46,265 nt of DNA. It comes from Minisyncoccota bacterium. Its GTDB lineage: Bacteria; Patescibacteriota; Minisyncoccia; Phycocordibacterales; UBA9973. Positions 34,333 through 44,359 of this stretch are shown piece by piece. The position numbers and the translations under genes are program-made. The notes under the pieces were generated by a model. The model was given only the letters and a program-made list of their open reading frames with translations. It searched no databases and was not told the origin of the DNA. The stretch's first letter is position 1. Each line of letters begins with the position of its first letter. The DNA lies in contig DAOQAL010000001.1 of the NCBI GenBank assembly GCA_035353995.1, positions 374,104 through 420,368 on the forward strand. Reading direction: 5' to 3'.

Positions 34333-35754
34333 ATGAAAAATAGAATTTATATCAAAGATTTAAAAGATAATATCGGAAAGGAAATTTTTATTGCTGGATG
34401 GTTAGATGTTCGTCGTGATCAAGGTAAAATGATTTTTTTTGATATGCGAGACGTTACAGGCAAAATTCAGTGTGTTACATTACCAAGCCACGTTGAAGCT
34501 ATAGAAAAAGCAAAAGAAATCCGCCCTGAATGGGTTTTGAAAGTTACAGGAATAGTAAATAAAAGACCTGAAAGAAGTATCAAAGCCGGAGTTTTAAATG
34601 GTGATGTTGAATTGGAAGTTACGGGAATAGAAGTATTGAATAAAGCAGAAACTCCTCCAATAGATTTAACTACAGATGGTTACGAAACAGGAGAAGAACA
34701 TAGACTTGAATATAGGTATTTAGATTTGCGTAGAACAAGAATGCAAAAAAATATTAGGAATAGACATAAGGTTGCAAAATTTGTTCGTGATTATTTAGAC
34801 AGAGAAGGTTTTTCAGAAATTGAAACACCAATACTTTCGAAGTCTACGTCGGAGGGTGCAAGAGATTTCATTGTACCTTCACGATTAGATCAAGGAAAGT
34901 TTTATGCACTTCCGCAAGCACCACAACAGCTTAAACAACTTTTAATGGCTTCTGGAATGGAAAAATATTTTCAATTTGCAAAATGTATGCGTGATGAAGA
35001 TTTGCGTGGAGATAGACAGCCAGAATTTACTCAACTTGATATGGAAATAAGCTTTGTTGACAGAGAAGACGTGATGGATTTAAACGAAAATCTTTTAATT
35101 TCAATTGTACAAAATCTGTATCCAGAGAAAAAAATTCAAGAAATTCCTTTTCCAAGAATTTCTTATAAAGAAGCAATAGAAAAATATGGTACAGATAGGC
35201 CAGATTTAAGACAAAACAAAGAAGATAAAAATCTTTTAGCTTTTTGCTGGGTTATAGATTTTCCATTTTTTGAAAAAACAACTGATGATAATAATCCACA
35301 AGCAGAAGGAGAGTGGACTTTTACTCACAACCCATTTTCTGCTGCACAACCACAGTTTCATGATGATTTGTTGAATAAGAGAAATATTCCAAATATTTTA
35401 ACTAATCAATATGATATAGTTTTGAACGGTTTTGAAATTGGTGGTGGCTCTATCAGAAATCATGAGCCAGAAGCCTTGCTTGCTGTTTATGACATTATGG
35501 GAGTAAAAAAAGAAGATGTAGAAAAAAATCTTTTCTACATGCTTGAAGCTTTTCGTTCTGGAACTCCACCACATGGAGGAATTGCTTGGGGTTTTGATAG
35601 ATTAATGATGTTGCTTGAAAATGAGTCAAATATTCGTGAAGTTATTGCTTTTCCCAAAAATGGTGAAGGAAAAGATTTAATGATGAAAGCGCCATCTGAA
35701 ATTTCAGAAAAACAGTTAAAAGAATTGGGAGTTAAATTGGACATAAAAAAATAA
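34333..35754 (+). CDS. aspS: Aspartate--tRNA ligase, short form
   Basis: EIETPIL, GARDF, LPQAPQ, RDEDLRGDRQPEFTQLD, PPHGGIAWGFDRL. Confidence 0.95.
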   Translation: MKNRIYIKDLKDNIGKEIFIAGWLDVRRDQGKMIFFDMRDVTGKIQCVTLPSHVEAIEKAKEIRPEWVLKVTGIVNKRPERSIKAGVLNGDVELEVTGIEVLNKAETPPIDLTTDGYETGEEHRLEYRYLDLRRTRMQKNIRNRHKVAKFVRDYLDREGFSEIETPILSKSTSEGARDFIVPSRLDQGKFYALPQAPQQLKQLLMASGMEKYFQFAKCMRDEDLRGDRQPEFTQLDMEISFVDREDVMDLNENLLISIVQNLYPEKKIQEIPFPRISYKEAIEKYGTDRPDLRQNKEDKNLLAFCWVIDFPFFEKTTDDNNPQAEGEWTFTHNPFSAAQPQFHDDLLNKRNIPNILTNQYDIVLNGFEIGGGSIRNHEPEALLAVYDIMGVKKEDVEKNLFYMLEAFRSGTPPHGGIAWGFDRLMMLLENESNIREVIAFPKNGEGKDLMMKAPSEISEKQLKELGVKLDIKK

Positions 35755-35755
35755 C

Positions 35756-37147
35756 ATGAAAATAAATTTTAAAAAACCTACAAATGAAAAAGAAGTGCTT
35801 TTTATTTCTGTGTCTCCTAAAAATGGTTCGGCAAGCTCACCACAAGTAATTGATGAAATTATAAAAGAAAACGGAGTAAAGACTTTTTATTTAAAATGCG
35901 ATGCAAATATGACATTACGAAAGTTATTTTTGCTTGTACGAAAAGTAATACATAATGCGCGTAGTACAAAAGCTGAAAAAATACTTTTCAATTTTAATGA
36001 TTTTAAATTTGCTAATATAAAAATTAGTGACGAAGAACTTGCAGAAATAATTGGTTCACAGCTTGGTCTTGCAAATTATGAATTTACTGAATATAAATCA
36101 AAAAAAGAAAATAATCTTATAAAAGAAATATATATATTGGGTACTAATAAAAATATAGAAAAATTTATTCTAAAAGGACAAATAATTTCTGAAGAAGTAA
36201 ATAAAACAAGAACATTAGCAAATACTCCAGGTGGTGACATGACGCCATCTATTTTGGCACAAAAAGCAAAAGAGGCAGTAAAAGGAATGCCTGTTAATGT
36301 TAAAGTTCTCGGTGAAAAAGAAATGAAAAATTTGAATATGCATGCAATTCTTTCCGTAGGACGCGGTTCAGATGAAGAATCAAAATTTATTATTATGGAA
36401 TATCTAGCAGGGAAGAAAGGAGAGAAACCGATTGTTCTTGTAGGTAAGGGTGTTACATTCGATTCAGGTGGAATAAATTTAAAACCAGCTTCAGCTATGC
36501 TTGGTATGAATATGGATATGTCAGGTGGAGCATCTGTAATACATTCTGTAGCTCTTGCTGCAAAAATGAAATTAAAAAAGAATGTTATTGGAATTATTCC
36601 TTCAGTAGAAAATTTTGTTTCTGGAAAAAGTTATCGTCCAGGAGATGTTGTTAGATCAATGTCTGGTATTACTATTGAAATATTAAACACAGATGCAGAA
36701 GGGCGTGTTATTTTAGCTGATGCTTTAACTTATGCAAAAAAATATAATCCAAAAGTTGTTATTGACATTGCAACATTGACTGGAGCTGCTTGCGTAGCAC
36801 TTGGTGAACGTATGTCTGCAATTTTTACTGACAGTGATAATCTTTGTGCTAAGTTAGAAAAAATTGGTAACATGACAGGCGATTATGTATGGAGATTACC
36901 AATGTGGGAAGAGTATACAAATGAAATAAAAGGAAGTTTAGGTGACTTTACAAATATTCATAACAAAGATTCTCGTTATGGTGGTGCAACTTATGGTGCT
37001 ATTTTTCTCCATCAGTTCATAAAAGGCATAGAGTGGGCACATATTGATATTGCTCCCAGAATGACATCAATGTCAGGAGAGTATTTAGCTCAAGGTGCAC
37101 TAGGAAGTCCTGTATATGCTTTGTTTAAATTTATAGAGGAAAACTAA
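35756..37147 (+). CDS. pepA: Leucyl aminopeptidase (M17)
   Basis: GKGVTFDSGG, DMSGG, NTDAEGR, DIATLTGA. Confidence 0.94.
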   Translation: MKINFKKPTNEKEVLFISVSPKNGSASSPQVIDEIIKENGVKTFYLKCDANMTLRKLFLLVRKVIHNARSTKAEKILFNFNDFKFANIKISDEELAEIIGSQLGLANYEFTEYKSKKENNLIKEIYILGTNKNIEKFILKGQIISEEVNKTRTLANTPGGDMTPSILAQKAKEAVKGMPVNVKVLGEKEMKNLNMHAILSVGRGSDEESKFIIMEYLAGKKGEKPIVLVGKGVTFDSGGINLKPASAMLGMNMDMSGGASVIHSVALAAKMKLKKNVIGIIPSVENFVSGKSYRPGDVVRSMSGITIEILNTDAEGRVILADALTYAKKYNPKVVIDIATLTGAACVALGERMSAIFTDSDNLCAKLEKIGNMTGDYVWRLPMWEEYTNEIKGSLGDFTNIHNKDSRYGGATYGAIFLHQFIKGIEWAHIDIAPRMTSMSGEYLAQGALGSPVYALFKFIEEN

Positions 37148-37160
37148 TAATATTTTATAT

Positions 37161-37300
37161 AAAAAAACGGGGGCGTCTCAAAAAAAAGACTAACCCCCGC
37201 AAAAAACGGTCTCCGGTATTTAGGTATGGTAATGGCAAACCGACCATCCTTAAGAAAAAAGGAGACCTAAAATTAATACCTGTATAAGGTACGCAAATCT
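37161..37300 (-). ncRNA. Candidate structured small RNA with its own promoter and terminator
   Basis: Minus-strand TTGACA-17-TATTAT (37335..37307), GGTCTCC/GGAGACC helix, and a terminal CGGGGG/CCCCCG hairpin plus T run. Confidence 0.4.
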
Positions 37301-37370
37301 TATAAGATAATAGCAATTATAAGTTATTTTGTCAAGTTTTTTATAAAAATAAAAGTGGTATTATTAAAGT

Positions 37371-38138
37371 GTGGAACAAGAAGTTTTTACAGTTAAAATG
37401 AGTAATTTTGAAGGACCATTTGGGGTTCTTTTAAATTTAGTTGAACAACGTAAATTACACATCAATGACGTTTCCTTGGCTCAAGTAACAGAAGATTATC
37501 TTAACTATGTAAATAAATTAGGTGATTTACCATCAATAGAAATTTCTAGTTTTATTGTAGTAGCAGCAACTCTAATTTTAATTAAGTCTAAATCTTTGTT
37601 ACCAAATTTAAGTTTAACGACAGAAGAAGAAGGTGATATTAAAAATTTAGAGGACAGACTTAAACTTTATGAGCTTTATTCTTCTCTTTCAAAAAATTTA
37701 AAAAATATTTTTGGTAAAAAAATTATTTTTGCACCAGAAGAAAGAAAAAATGATATTCTTGTTTTCTTGCCTGATGATCAAATAACAAAAGAGAGCATGA
37801 TGACATTTGCTAGAGGTGCATTAGGAAAAGTTCCAAAGAAAGTTTTTTTGCCAGAAGTTGAAGTGAAGAAAGTAATAAGCATAGAAGAAATGATAGATAA
37901 GCTGACAGATAGAATAAAGAATTCTTTGAAGATGAATTTTAAGGAATTTGCTCATTTACCGTCAGATAAATTAAATAAACCAATTACAAAAGAAGAAAAA
38001 GTATTTGTTATTGTTGGTTTTCTTGCTATGCTAGAACTTGTACGACAAGGTATGGTTAAAGTAGTTCAAGAAAATAATTTTGAAGATATTTTAATAGAGA
38101 AAGAAGAAGTAATAGAAATAGAAACAATTTATGAATAA
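37371..38138 (+). CDS. scpA: Segregation/condensation protein A
   Basis: FEGPFGVLLNLV, AATLILIKSKSLLP, FLAMLELVRQG. Confidence 0.93.
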   Translation: MEQEVFTVKMSNFEGPFGVLLNLVEQRKLHINDVSLAQVTEDYLNYVNKLGDLPSIEISSFIVVAATLILIKSKSLLPNLSLTTEEEGDIKNLEDRLKLYELYSSLSKNLKNIFGKKIIFAPEERKNDILVFLPDDQITKESMMTFARGALGKVPKKVFLPEVEVKKVISIEEMIDKLTDRIKNSLKMNFKEFAHLPSDKLNKPITKEEKVFVIVGFLAMLELVRQGMVKVVQENNFEDILIEKEEVIEIETIYE

Positions 38139-38691
38139 TTTAGAACAAAAAATTGAAGCAATATTGTTTTGTAAAGGTGAACCAGTTTCAAAGAAAAAGC
38201 TTTCTGATATTTTAAATGTTGAAGAATCAGAAATAAATGAAGGTTTAGAAAAAATAAAAGAAAATTTAAAAGATCACGGTATTGTATTACAAGAAAAAGA
38301 TAATCATGTAACATTAGGTACTGCTCCTTCTGTATCAGAAGTCATTGAAAAAATACAAAAAGAAGAATTAGATAAAGAACTTTCAAAAGCAAGTTTAGAA
38401 ACTTTGTCTATAATACTTTATAAAAATGGAGTAAGTCGTGCTGAAATAGATTATATTCGTGGTGTAAATTCAAGTTTTATATTACGAGCGCTTTCAATTA
38501 GAGGATTAGTAGAAAAAACTGTTGATCAAAAAGATAATAGAAGATATATATATAAACCTAGTTTTGGGCTTCTTTCTTTTATGGGTATAAGTTCATTGGA
38601 AGAGTTGCCAGATTATAAAGAAATAAATAATTCTATTACAGAATCAATAGAAAATATAACTGAAGAGTTAAAAAACGAAACAAATGAGTAA
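38131..38691 (+). CDS. scpB: SMC-Scp complex subunit ScpB
   Basis: IEAILF, LSKASLETLSIILY, IDYIRGVNS, LEELP. Confidence 0.94.
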   Translation: MNNLEQKIEAILFCKGEPVSKKKLSDILNVEESEINEGLEKIKENLKDHGIVLQEKDNHVTLGTAPSVSEVIEKIQKEELDKELSKASLETLSIILYKNGVSRAEIDYIRGVNSSFILRALSIRGLVEKTVDQKDNRRYIYKPSFGLLSFMGISSLEELPDYKEINNSITESIENITEELKNETNE

Positions 38692-39568
38692 GGATAATAA
38701 GTTTTTAATTTTTATTCTGTTTTTAGTCGCCTTAGAGGCATTTTTATTTTTTCTTGGTAATGCTGAAAAAAAAGAAAAAGAAAGAATTGAAGCAGAGAGA
38801 ATAACAAAAATTCAAAATGCTTTTATGGATGCAAATATATCAGCAAAAGCTTTTTCTGTTAATATTTCTTCAATTAAAGATCAAAATTTTGGTAAAAATC
38901 AAGACGAATCTTTACCATTAGCATCATTATCGAAAGTTGTAACAATTATTTCTGCTCTTTCAGAACGTGAGACTGATGAAATAATAAAAATATCAAGAAC
39001 TTCTTTTTTGGAAAATACTAAAGATGATATTTATTTAAATGAAAAATGGAAAGTAGATGATTTAATTAAATTTATTTTAGTTTCTTCTTCTAATACTGGT
39101 GCATTAGCGCTTTCAAATAATGATAGCGAAATATTTATAAAGAAAATGAATGATTTTGCAAAACAAATAGATGCACAAAAAACAGTATTTTATAATTCTA
39201 CTGGTCTTGATATAAGTAAAGAACAAGGTGGTTCTTATGGTTCTGCAAAAGATATGAATACTATTGCTTTATATGCAATAGATAATTACCCAGACTTTTT
39301 TAACTCAGATGTTTCTCATCAGACTGTTTTTAAATCTAAATCTGGAAAAGTACATAATGTAAAAAATACAAATACTTTAATTGATAAAATTCCAAATTTA
39401 ATTTTTTCTAAAACAGGATTTACAACATTCGCAGGAGGGAATTTAACTGTTGTTTTTAAAAATAAAATTGGAGATAGAATAGCAATTACATTACTTGGTT
39501 CTACAAAAGAAGGGCGTTTTACTGACATGGAAGAGCTTGTAAAAATTGCATATAATTTAGAATATTAA
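38684..39568 (+). CDS. D-alanyl-D-alanine carboxypeptidase (S11)
   Basis: PLASLSK (SxxK), SSN (SxN), KTG, FYNSTGLD. Confidence 0.88.
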   Translation: MSKDNKFLIFILFLVALEAFLFFLGNAEKKEKERIEAERITKIQNAFMDANISAKAFSVNISSIKDQNFGKNQDESLPLASLSKVVTIISALSERETDEIIKISRTSFLENTKDDIYLNEKWKVDDLIKFILVSSSNTGALALSNNDSEIFIKKMNDFAKQIDAQKTVFYNSTGLDISKEQGGSYGSAKDMNTIALYAIDNYPDFFNSDVSHQTVFKSKSGKVHNVKNTNTLIDKIPNLIFSKTGFTTFAGGNLTVVFKNKIGDRIAITLLGSTKEGRFTDMEELVKIAYNLEY

Positions 39569-39599
39569 GGCTTTTTAAAAAATTTGTTATAATCTTTAT

Positions 39600-40652
39600 A
39601 TGCTTCTTAATTTACTTAAAATTTTTATTCCAACAGTTTTATCTTTTTTTATCGGTTTAGCTATTACTCCAATAGCAACTCATTTTTTTTATAAATATAA
39701 AATGTGGAAAAGGTATTCTAGAAATAATGAAGTTTCAGCCGAAGATTTTAAAAAAATACACAATGAAAAAGAAGAATTAAAAACTCCAAGAGTTGGCGGA
39801 ATGATAATATGGGTTTCTGTTTTACTAACTACTTTATTGGTTGTTGTTTTTTCTTATATATTTAATTTTAATTTTGCTAATAAAATAAATTTTTTGAGTC
39901 GCGATCAAACGTTTATACCACTTTTTACTTTAATTCTTGGTTCAATCGTAGGATTTTGGGATGATATAATTCAAATTTATGGTAATGGAAAGCTTGCTCA
40001 TGATGATAAAAATTGGAGAAAATGGAAAATTCTGATTATTCTAATAGTATCTTATCTAATTGGTCTGTGGTTTTTTTATAAACTTGGAATTGTATCTCTA
40101 CATATTCCTTTTGGTGGAGATATATATGTAGGAGCTTTAATAATTCCACTTTTTATTTTAGTTGCTCTTGCTACTTTTTCCGGTGGCGTAATTGATGGCA
40201 TAGATGGATTATCAGGAGGAGTTCTTTCAACTATTTTTGCTTCTTACGCTGTTATAGCTTTTGCAAACAATCAAATGAACATTGCTGCTTTTTCTGGAGT
40301 AATTACAGGAGCAATACTGGCTTTCTTATGGTTTAATATTCCACCAGCTAGATTTTATATGGGAGAAACAGGAATTATGGGACTTACGCTTACTCTTGCT
40401 GTATTAGCCTTCCTTACAGACTCAGTTTTAATTTTGCCTATAGTTGCATTGCCTTTGCTTGTAACTTCTCTTTCTGTAATTTTACAAATGATTTCAAAAA
40501 AACTGAGAAAAGGGAAGAGAATTTTCAAATTAGCACCACTTCATCATCATTTTGAAGCTATCGGTTGGCCATCATATAAAATCACAATGCGTTACTGGGT
40601 TTTTTCAGTAATTTTTGCCATTTTAGGAATAATTTTAGCAGTGATTAGTTAA
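39600..40652 (+). CDS. mraY: Phospho-N-acetylmuramoyl-pentapeptide transferase
   Basis: TPRVGG, GFWDD, DGIDGL, YMGETG, APLHHHFE. Confidence 0.95.
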   Translation: MLLNLLKIFIPTVLSFFIGLAITPIATHFFYKYKMWKRYSRNNEVSAEDFKKIHNEKEELKTPRVGGMIIWVSVLLTTLLVVVFSYIFNFNFANKINFLSRDQTFIPLFTLILGSIVGFWDDIIQIYGNGKLAHDDKNWRKWKILIILIVSYLIGLWFFYKLGIVSLHIPFGGDIYVGALIIPLFILVALATFSGGVIDGIDGLSGGVLSTIFASYAVIAFANNQMNIAAFSGVITGAILAFLWFNIPPARFYMGETGIMGLTLTLAVLAFLTDSVLILPIVALPLLVTSLSVILQMISKKLRKGKRIFKLAPLHHHFEAIGWPSYKITMRYWVFSVIFAILGIILAVIS

Positions 40653-40656
40653 TAAA

Positions 40657-41760
40657 ATGAAAGAAAAGAAAGTTGATAAATTTTTTTTAACGATTGTTAT
40701 CCTTTTAATTTGCCTTGGAGTGGCAATGTTTATTTCAGCATCATTAGGTTTTCTTGTAAGAAATCAAAAAATATTTTTTAGTGTATTGTTTACTCAACTT
40801 GTTTTAGGACTTGGTTTGGGATCTTTGGGAATGTATTTTGCTTTCAAAAAAAATTACAAATTTTGGCGTAAATATTCTTTGTATATTTTTTTAGGAACAA
40901 TTATTTTAACTGCTGCAGTATTTATACCGCATTTAGGTTGGAGTCATGGCGGAGCAACAAGGTGGATAAAGTTGCCACTTTTAGGAACGTTCCAACCTGT
41001 AGAATTATTGAAATTTGGTTTTGTTATTTATTTTGCAGCATGGTTATCTTGGGTAAAAAATAAAGCAAAAGATTTTAAATTTAGTATTTTGCCACTTGCA
41101 ATAATGCTTGCAGTAATAGCTCTTGTTTTATTAAAACAACCTGATACAAAAAGTTTTATTTTAATTACTTTTACTGGCATATCAATGGTTTTTTTAACAG
41201 ATGTGCCAATGAAAAAGATTTTAGGAGTTGGAGTTATTTTGGCTATAACTTTTTGTGTTTTAGTTTTTTATAAACCATATCTTCAACAAAGAATAAAAAC
41301 TTTTCTTGATCCATCTAGTGACCCAAAAGGATCTTCGTATCAAATTCAACAATCTATGATTGCTCTTGGTTCCGGTGGAGTATTTGGTAGGGGATTAGGA
41401 CAAAGTGTACAGAAATTTAGTTATTTACCAGAACCACAAGGTGATTCTATATTTGCTGTATTGGGTGAAGAACTTGGTTTTGTTGGTACTTTTTTTACGA
41501 TACTTTTATATTCTTTTTTTGCTCTAAGAGGTTTACGAATCGCAAATCATTCACCAGATCTTTTCAGTAGACTTTTAGTGTCTGGAATTGTTATACTGAT
41601 TACAGCTCAATCTTTTATGAATATTGCTTCGATAATAGGTGTTTTCCCATTAACTGGAGTTCCACTTGTATTCATGAGCCAAGGAGGTACATCGCTTATG
41701 ATTTATCTTATAGCGATTGGTATAGTGCTTCAAATATCAAAATATCAACAAAATAATTAA
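40657..41760 (+). CDS. ftsW: SEDS peptidoglycan polymerase FtsW
   Basis: GATRWI, QPVELLK, KQPD, YLPEPQGDSIFA..GEELG, PLTGVPLVFMSQGGTS. Confidence 0.9.
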   Translation: MKEKKVDKFFLTIVILLICLGVAMFISASLGFLVRNQKIFFSVLFTQLVLGLGLGSLGMYFAFKKNYKFWRKYSLYIFLGTIILTAAVFIPHLGWSHGGATRWIKLPLLGTFQPVELLKFGFVIYFAAWLSWVKNKAKDFKFSILPLAIMLAVIALVLLKQPDTKSFILITFTGISMVFLTDVPMKKILGVGVILAITFCVLVFYKPYLQQRIKTFLDPSSDPKGSSYQIQQSMIALGSGGVFGRGLGQSVQKFSYLPEPQGDSIFAVLGEELGFVGTFFTILLYSFFALRGLRIANHSPDLFSRLLVSGIVILITAQSFMNIASIIGVFPLTGVPLVFMSQGGTSLMIYLIAIGIVLQISKYQQNN

Positions 41761-41775
41761 TTAAAAATAATAAAT

Positions 41776-42906
41776 ATGAAAATAGTTTTTGCAGGTGGAG
41801 GAACTGGCGGACATTTTTATCCAATAATCGCTGTTGCTCAACAACTAAATAAAATAATTGATGAAGAAAAAATAATTGGAGCAAAGCTTTATTATTTTTC
41901 TGATAGTCCTTATGACAAAGAAGCTCTTTTCCAAAATGGTATTACTTTTGAACAAATAAAAGCTGGAAAAATGAGAACTTATTTTTCTACAGAAAATTTT
42001 TCCGATATGTTTAAAACTTTTTTTGGAATAATAGGAGCTACTTATAAATTATTTAAGATTTATCCTGACGTTGTTTTTGGTAAAGGTGGATATGCAAGTT
42101 TTCCAACATTAGTTGCAGCAAAAATTTTGCGTATTCCAATATTAATTCATGAATCTGATTCTGCTCCTGGAAGAGTAAATATGTGGGCTGGAAAATTTGC
42201 TGACAAGGTTGCAGTTTCTTTTAAAGATGCAGCAGATTTTTTTCCAAAAGAAACAGTAGCATGGACAGGACATCCAATTAGAACAGAAATAGAACACAAG
42301 GCTGAACGTAATGAAGCTTTAGAGTACTTTAAACTTGAAAATAATTTGCCTGTAATTTTCGTAGTTGGAGGATCATTAGGTGCTGAGCTTATTAACAATA
42401 CAATTATAGATGCATTGCCAAGACTTTTAAAAAATTACCAAATAATTCATCAAACAGGTGTAAGAAATTTTAAGATGGTTACTGATAGAACAAAAATTGT
42501 TTTATCTTCTCCTGAAGAAAAATCTAGATATTTACCGATAGCTTTTTTAAATCCACTTCAAATGAAAATGGCAGCTGGTGCTGCAAGTTTGATAATATCA
42601 AGAGCTGGATCAACATTATTTGAAATTGCTTCTTGGGGAGTTCCAGCAATACTTGTTCCATTTACAAATTCAAATGCTGATCATGCAAAAAGGAATGCTT
42701 TTGCTTATGCTAGAATAGGCGCTTGTACAGTAATTGAAGAAATGAATATGACTGCAAATATTTTAAGTTCTGAAATTGAAAGAATCATAGAAGATAAAAA
42801 AGCATTAGATTTTATGACAAATTGCGCTAAAGCGTTTAATAAAACCGATGGTGCATTTAAAATAGCAAGAGAACTCATAAATATAGCTTTATCTCACGAA
42901 AAATAA
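41776..42906 (+). CDS. murG: UDP-GlcNAc:lipid I transferase MurG
   Basis: GGGTGGHFYP, KGGYAS, HESD, GGSLGA, SRAG. Confidence 0.96.
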   Translation: MKIVFAGGGTGGHFYPIIAVAQQLNKIIDEEKIIGAKLYYFSDSPYDKEALFQNGITFEQIKAGKMRTYFSTENFSDMFKTFFGIIGATYKLFKIYPDVVFGKGGYASFPTLVAAKILRIPILIHESDSAPGRVNMWAGKFADKVAVSFKDAADFFPKETVAWTGHPIRTEIEHKAERNEALEYFKLENNLPVIFVVGGSLGAELINNTIIDALPRLLKNYQIIHQTGVRNFKMVTDRTKIVLSSPEEKSRYLPIAFLNPLQMKMAAGAASLIISRAGSTLFEIASWGVPAILVPFTNSNADHAKRNAFAYARIGACTVIEEMNMTANILSSEIERIIEDKKALDFMTNCAKAFNKTDGAFKIARELINIALSHEK

Positions 42907-42943
42907 AGTTTTTTTATTTGGAAATAAATGCTAAAATAAAATT

Positions 42944-44359
42944 ATGACTACAAAAGTAGTAACAAGATTCGCGCCTTCGCCGACAGGTTTTATGCATGTT
43001 GGTAATTTACGAACAGCATTATATGCTTGGCTTTTGGCAAGAAAAAATAAAGGCACATTAATTTTGAGAATTGAGGATACAGACAAAGAAAGAGAGGTTT
43101 CTGGAGCAACAGAGCACATTTTAAAAGTTTTAAAGTGGGTTGGAATAGATTGGGATGAAGGTCCTGATATTGGAGGCCCAAATGCACCATATACTCAATC
43201 AGAAAGATTAGATTTGTATAAAAAATACGCACAAAAATTAATTGAAAAAGGTTTAGCATATCCTGATCCTTATACAGAAAAAGAAGTTGAAGAATTTCGT
43301 AAAAAAGCAGAACTAGAAAAGAAGGCTTTTTTATATCGTGAACATAGGCCAGAAGTTTTTGAAAAATGGGATGGAACAAAACCACTTCGTTTTAAAGTAC
43401 CTGAAATAAAAAGTTACCATTGGCATGATTTAGTTTTTGGTGATTTGTCTGCTGGCCCAGAAGCCTTAGATGATTTTGTATTAATAAAAAGTGATGGTTA
43501 TCCTACATATAATTTTTGTCATATAGTAGATGATACTGAAATGGGTATTACTCATGTTATTCGTGGCCAAGAATATATTTCTTCTATTCCAAAATTTCTT
43601 TCTTTATATGAAGCTCTTGATTTAGAAGCGCCATCATTTGTATGTTTACCACATATAATGGGTAAAGATGGAAAAAAGAAATTAGGTAAAAGAGATGGAG
43701 CAAAAGATGCTTTAGAATATAAAGAGGAAGGATATTTACCAGAAGCAATGGTTAATTTTCTTGCACTTTTAGGGTGGCATCCAAGTGATGATAAAGAAAT
43801 TTTTTCAATACAAGAATTAATAGATTCTTTTGAAATTGAAAGAATACAAAAATCTGGTGCGCAATGGGATGACAATAAATTAGATTGGATAAATAAAGAA
43901 CATATTAAAAAATTATCCTTTAATGATTTACGAGATAAAATTTTTGAATGGCTACCTGAAGAAATGCATAACGAAAAAATTATTCCAATAATTAGAGAAA
44001 GAATATCAAAATTTGTTGACGTAAAAAAAATGGTTGAAGCAGGGGAGTTAGACTTTTTCTTTAAACAACCTAAAATACAAAAAGAAAAATTAATTTATAA
44101 AAATACTTCACCTGAAAAAATTTCAGAAAATTTAAAAATTGCGCATAACTCTCTTTCAAAATTAAAAGAAGAAGATTTTACAAAAGAAAAAATAAAAGAA
44201 ATTCTGATGATTGAAGCAGATAAATTAGATAATAGAGGAGAATTATTACATCCAATGCGTTTTGCATTATCTGGACTTGAAAAATCACCCGATCCTTTTG
44301 TTATTGCAGAAATTTTAGGAAAAAATGAAACTTTATCACGATTACAAAACGCTTTTTAG
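42944..44359 (+). CDS. gltX: Glutamate--tRNA ligase
   Basis: TRFAPSPTG..HVGN, LRIEDTD, THVIRG, KLGKR. Confidence 0.96.
   Translation: MTTKVVTRFAPSPTGFMHVGNLRTALYAWLLARKNKGTLILRIEDTDKEREVSGATEHILKVLKWVGIDWDEGPDIGGPNAPYTQSERLDLYKKYAQKLIEKGLAYPDPYTEKEVEEFRKKAELEKKAFLYREHRPEVFEKWDGTKPLRFKVPEIKSYHWHDLVFGDLSAGPEALDDFVLIKSDGYPTYNFCHIVDDTEMGITHVIRGQEYISSIPKFLSLYEALDLEAPSFVCLPHIMGKDGKKKLGKRDGAKDALEYKEEGYLPEAMVNFLALLGWHPSDDKEIFSIQELIDSFEIERIQKSGAQWDDNKLDWINKEHIKKLSFNDLRDKIFEWLPEEMHNEKIIPIIRERISKFVDVKKMVEAGELDFFFKQPKIQKEKLIYKNTSPEKISENLKIAHNSLSKLKEEDFTKEKIKEILMIEADKLDNRGELLHPMRFALSGLEKSPDPFVIAEILGKNETLSRLQNAF

Noticed and set aside
3965-43875. Many 60-160 aa ORFs antisense or out of frame inside core genes (e.g. 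3965, 5182, 7379, 15301, 25790, 43552)
   Set aside because: Shadow ORFs of well-supported genes, with no motifs or expression signals.
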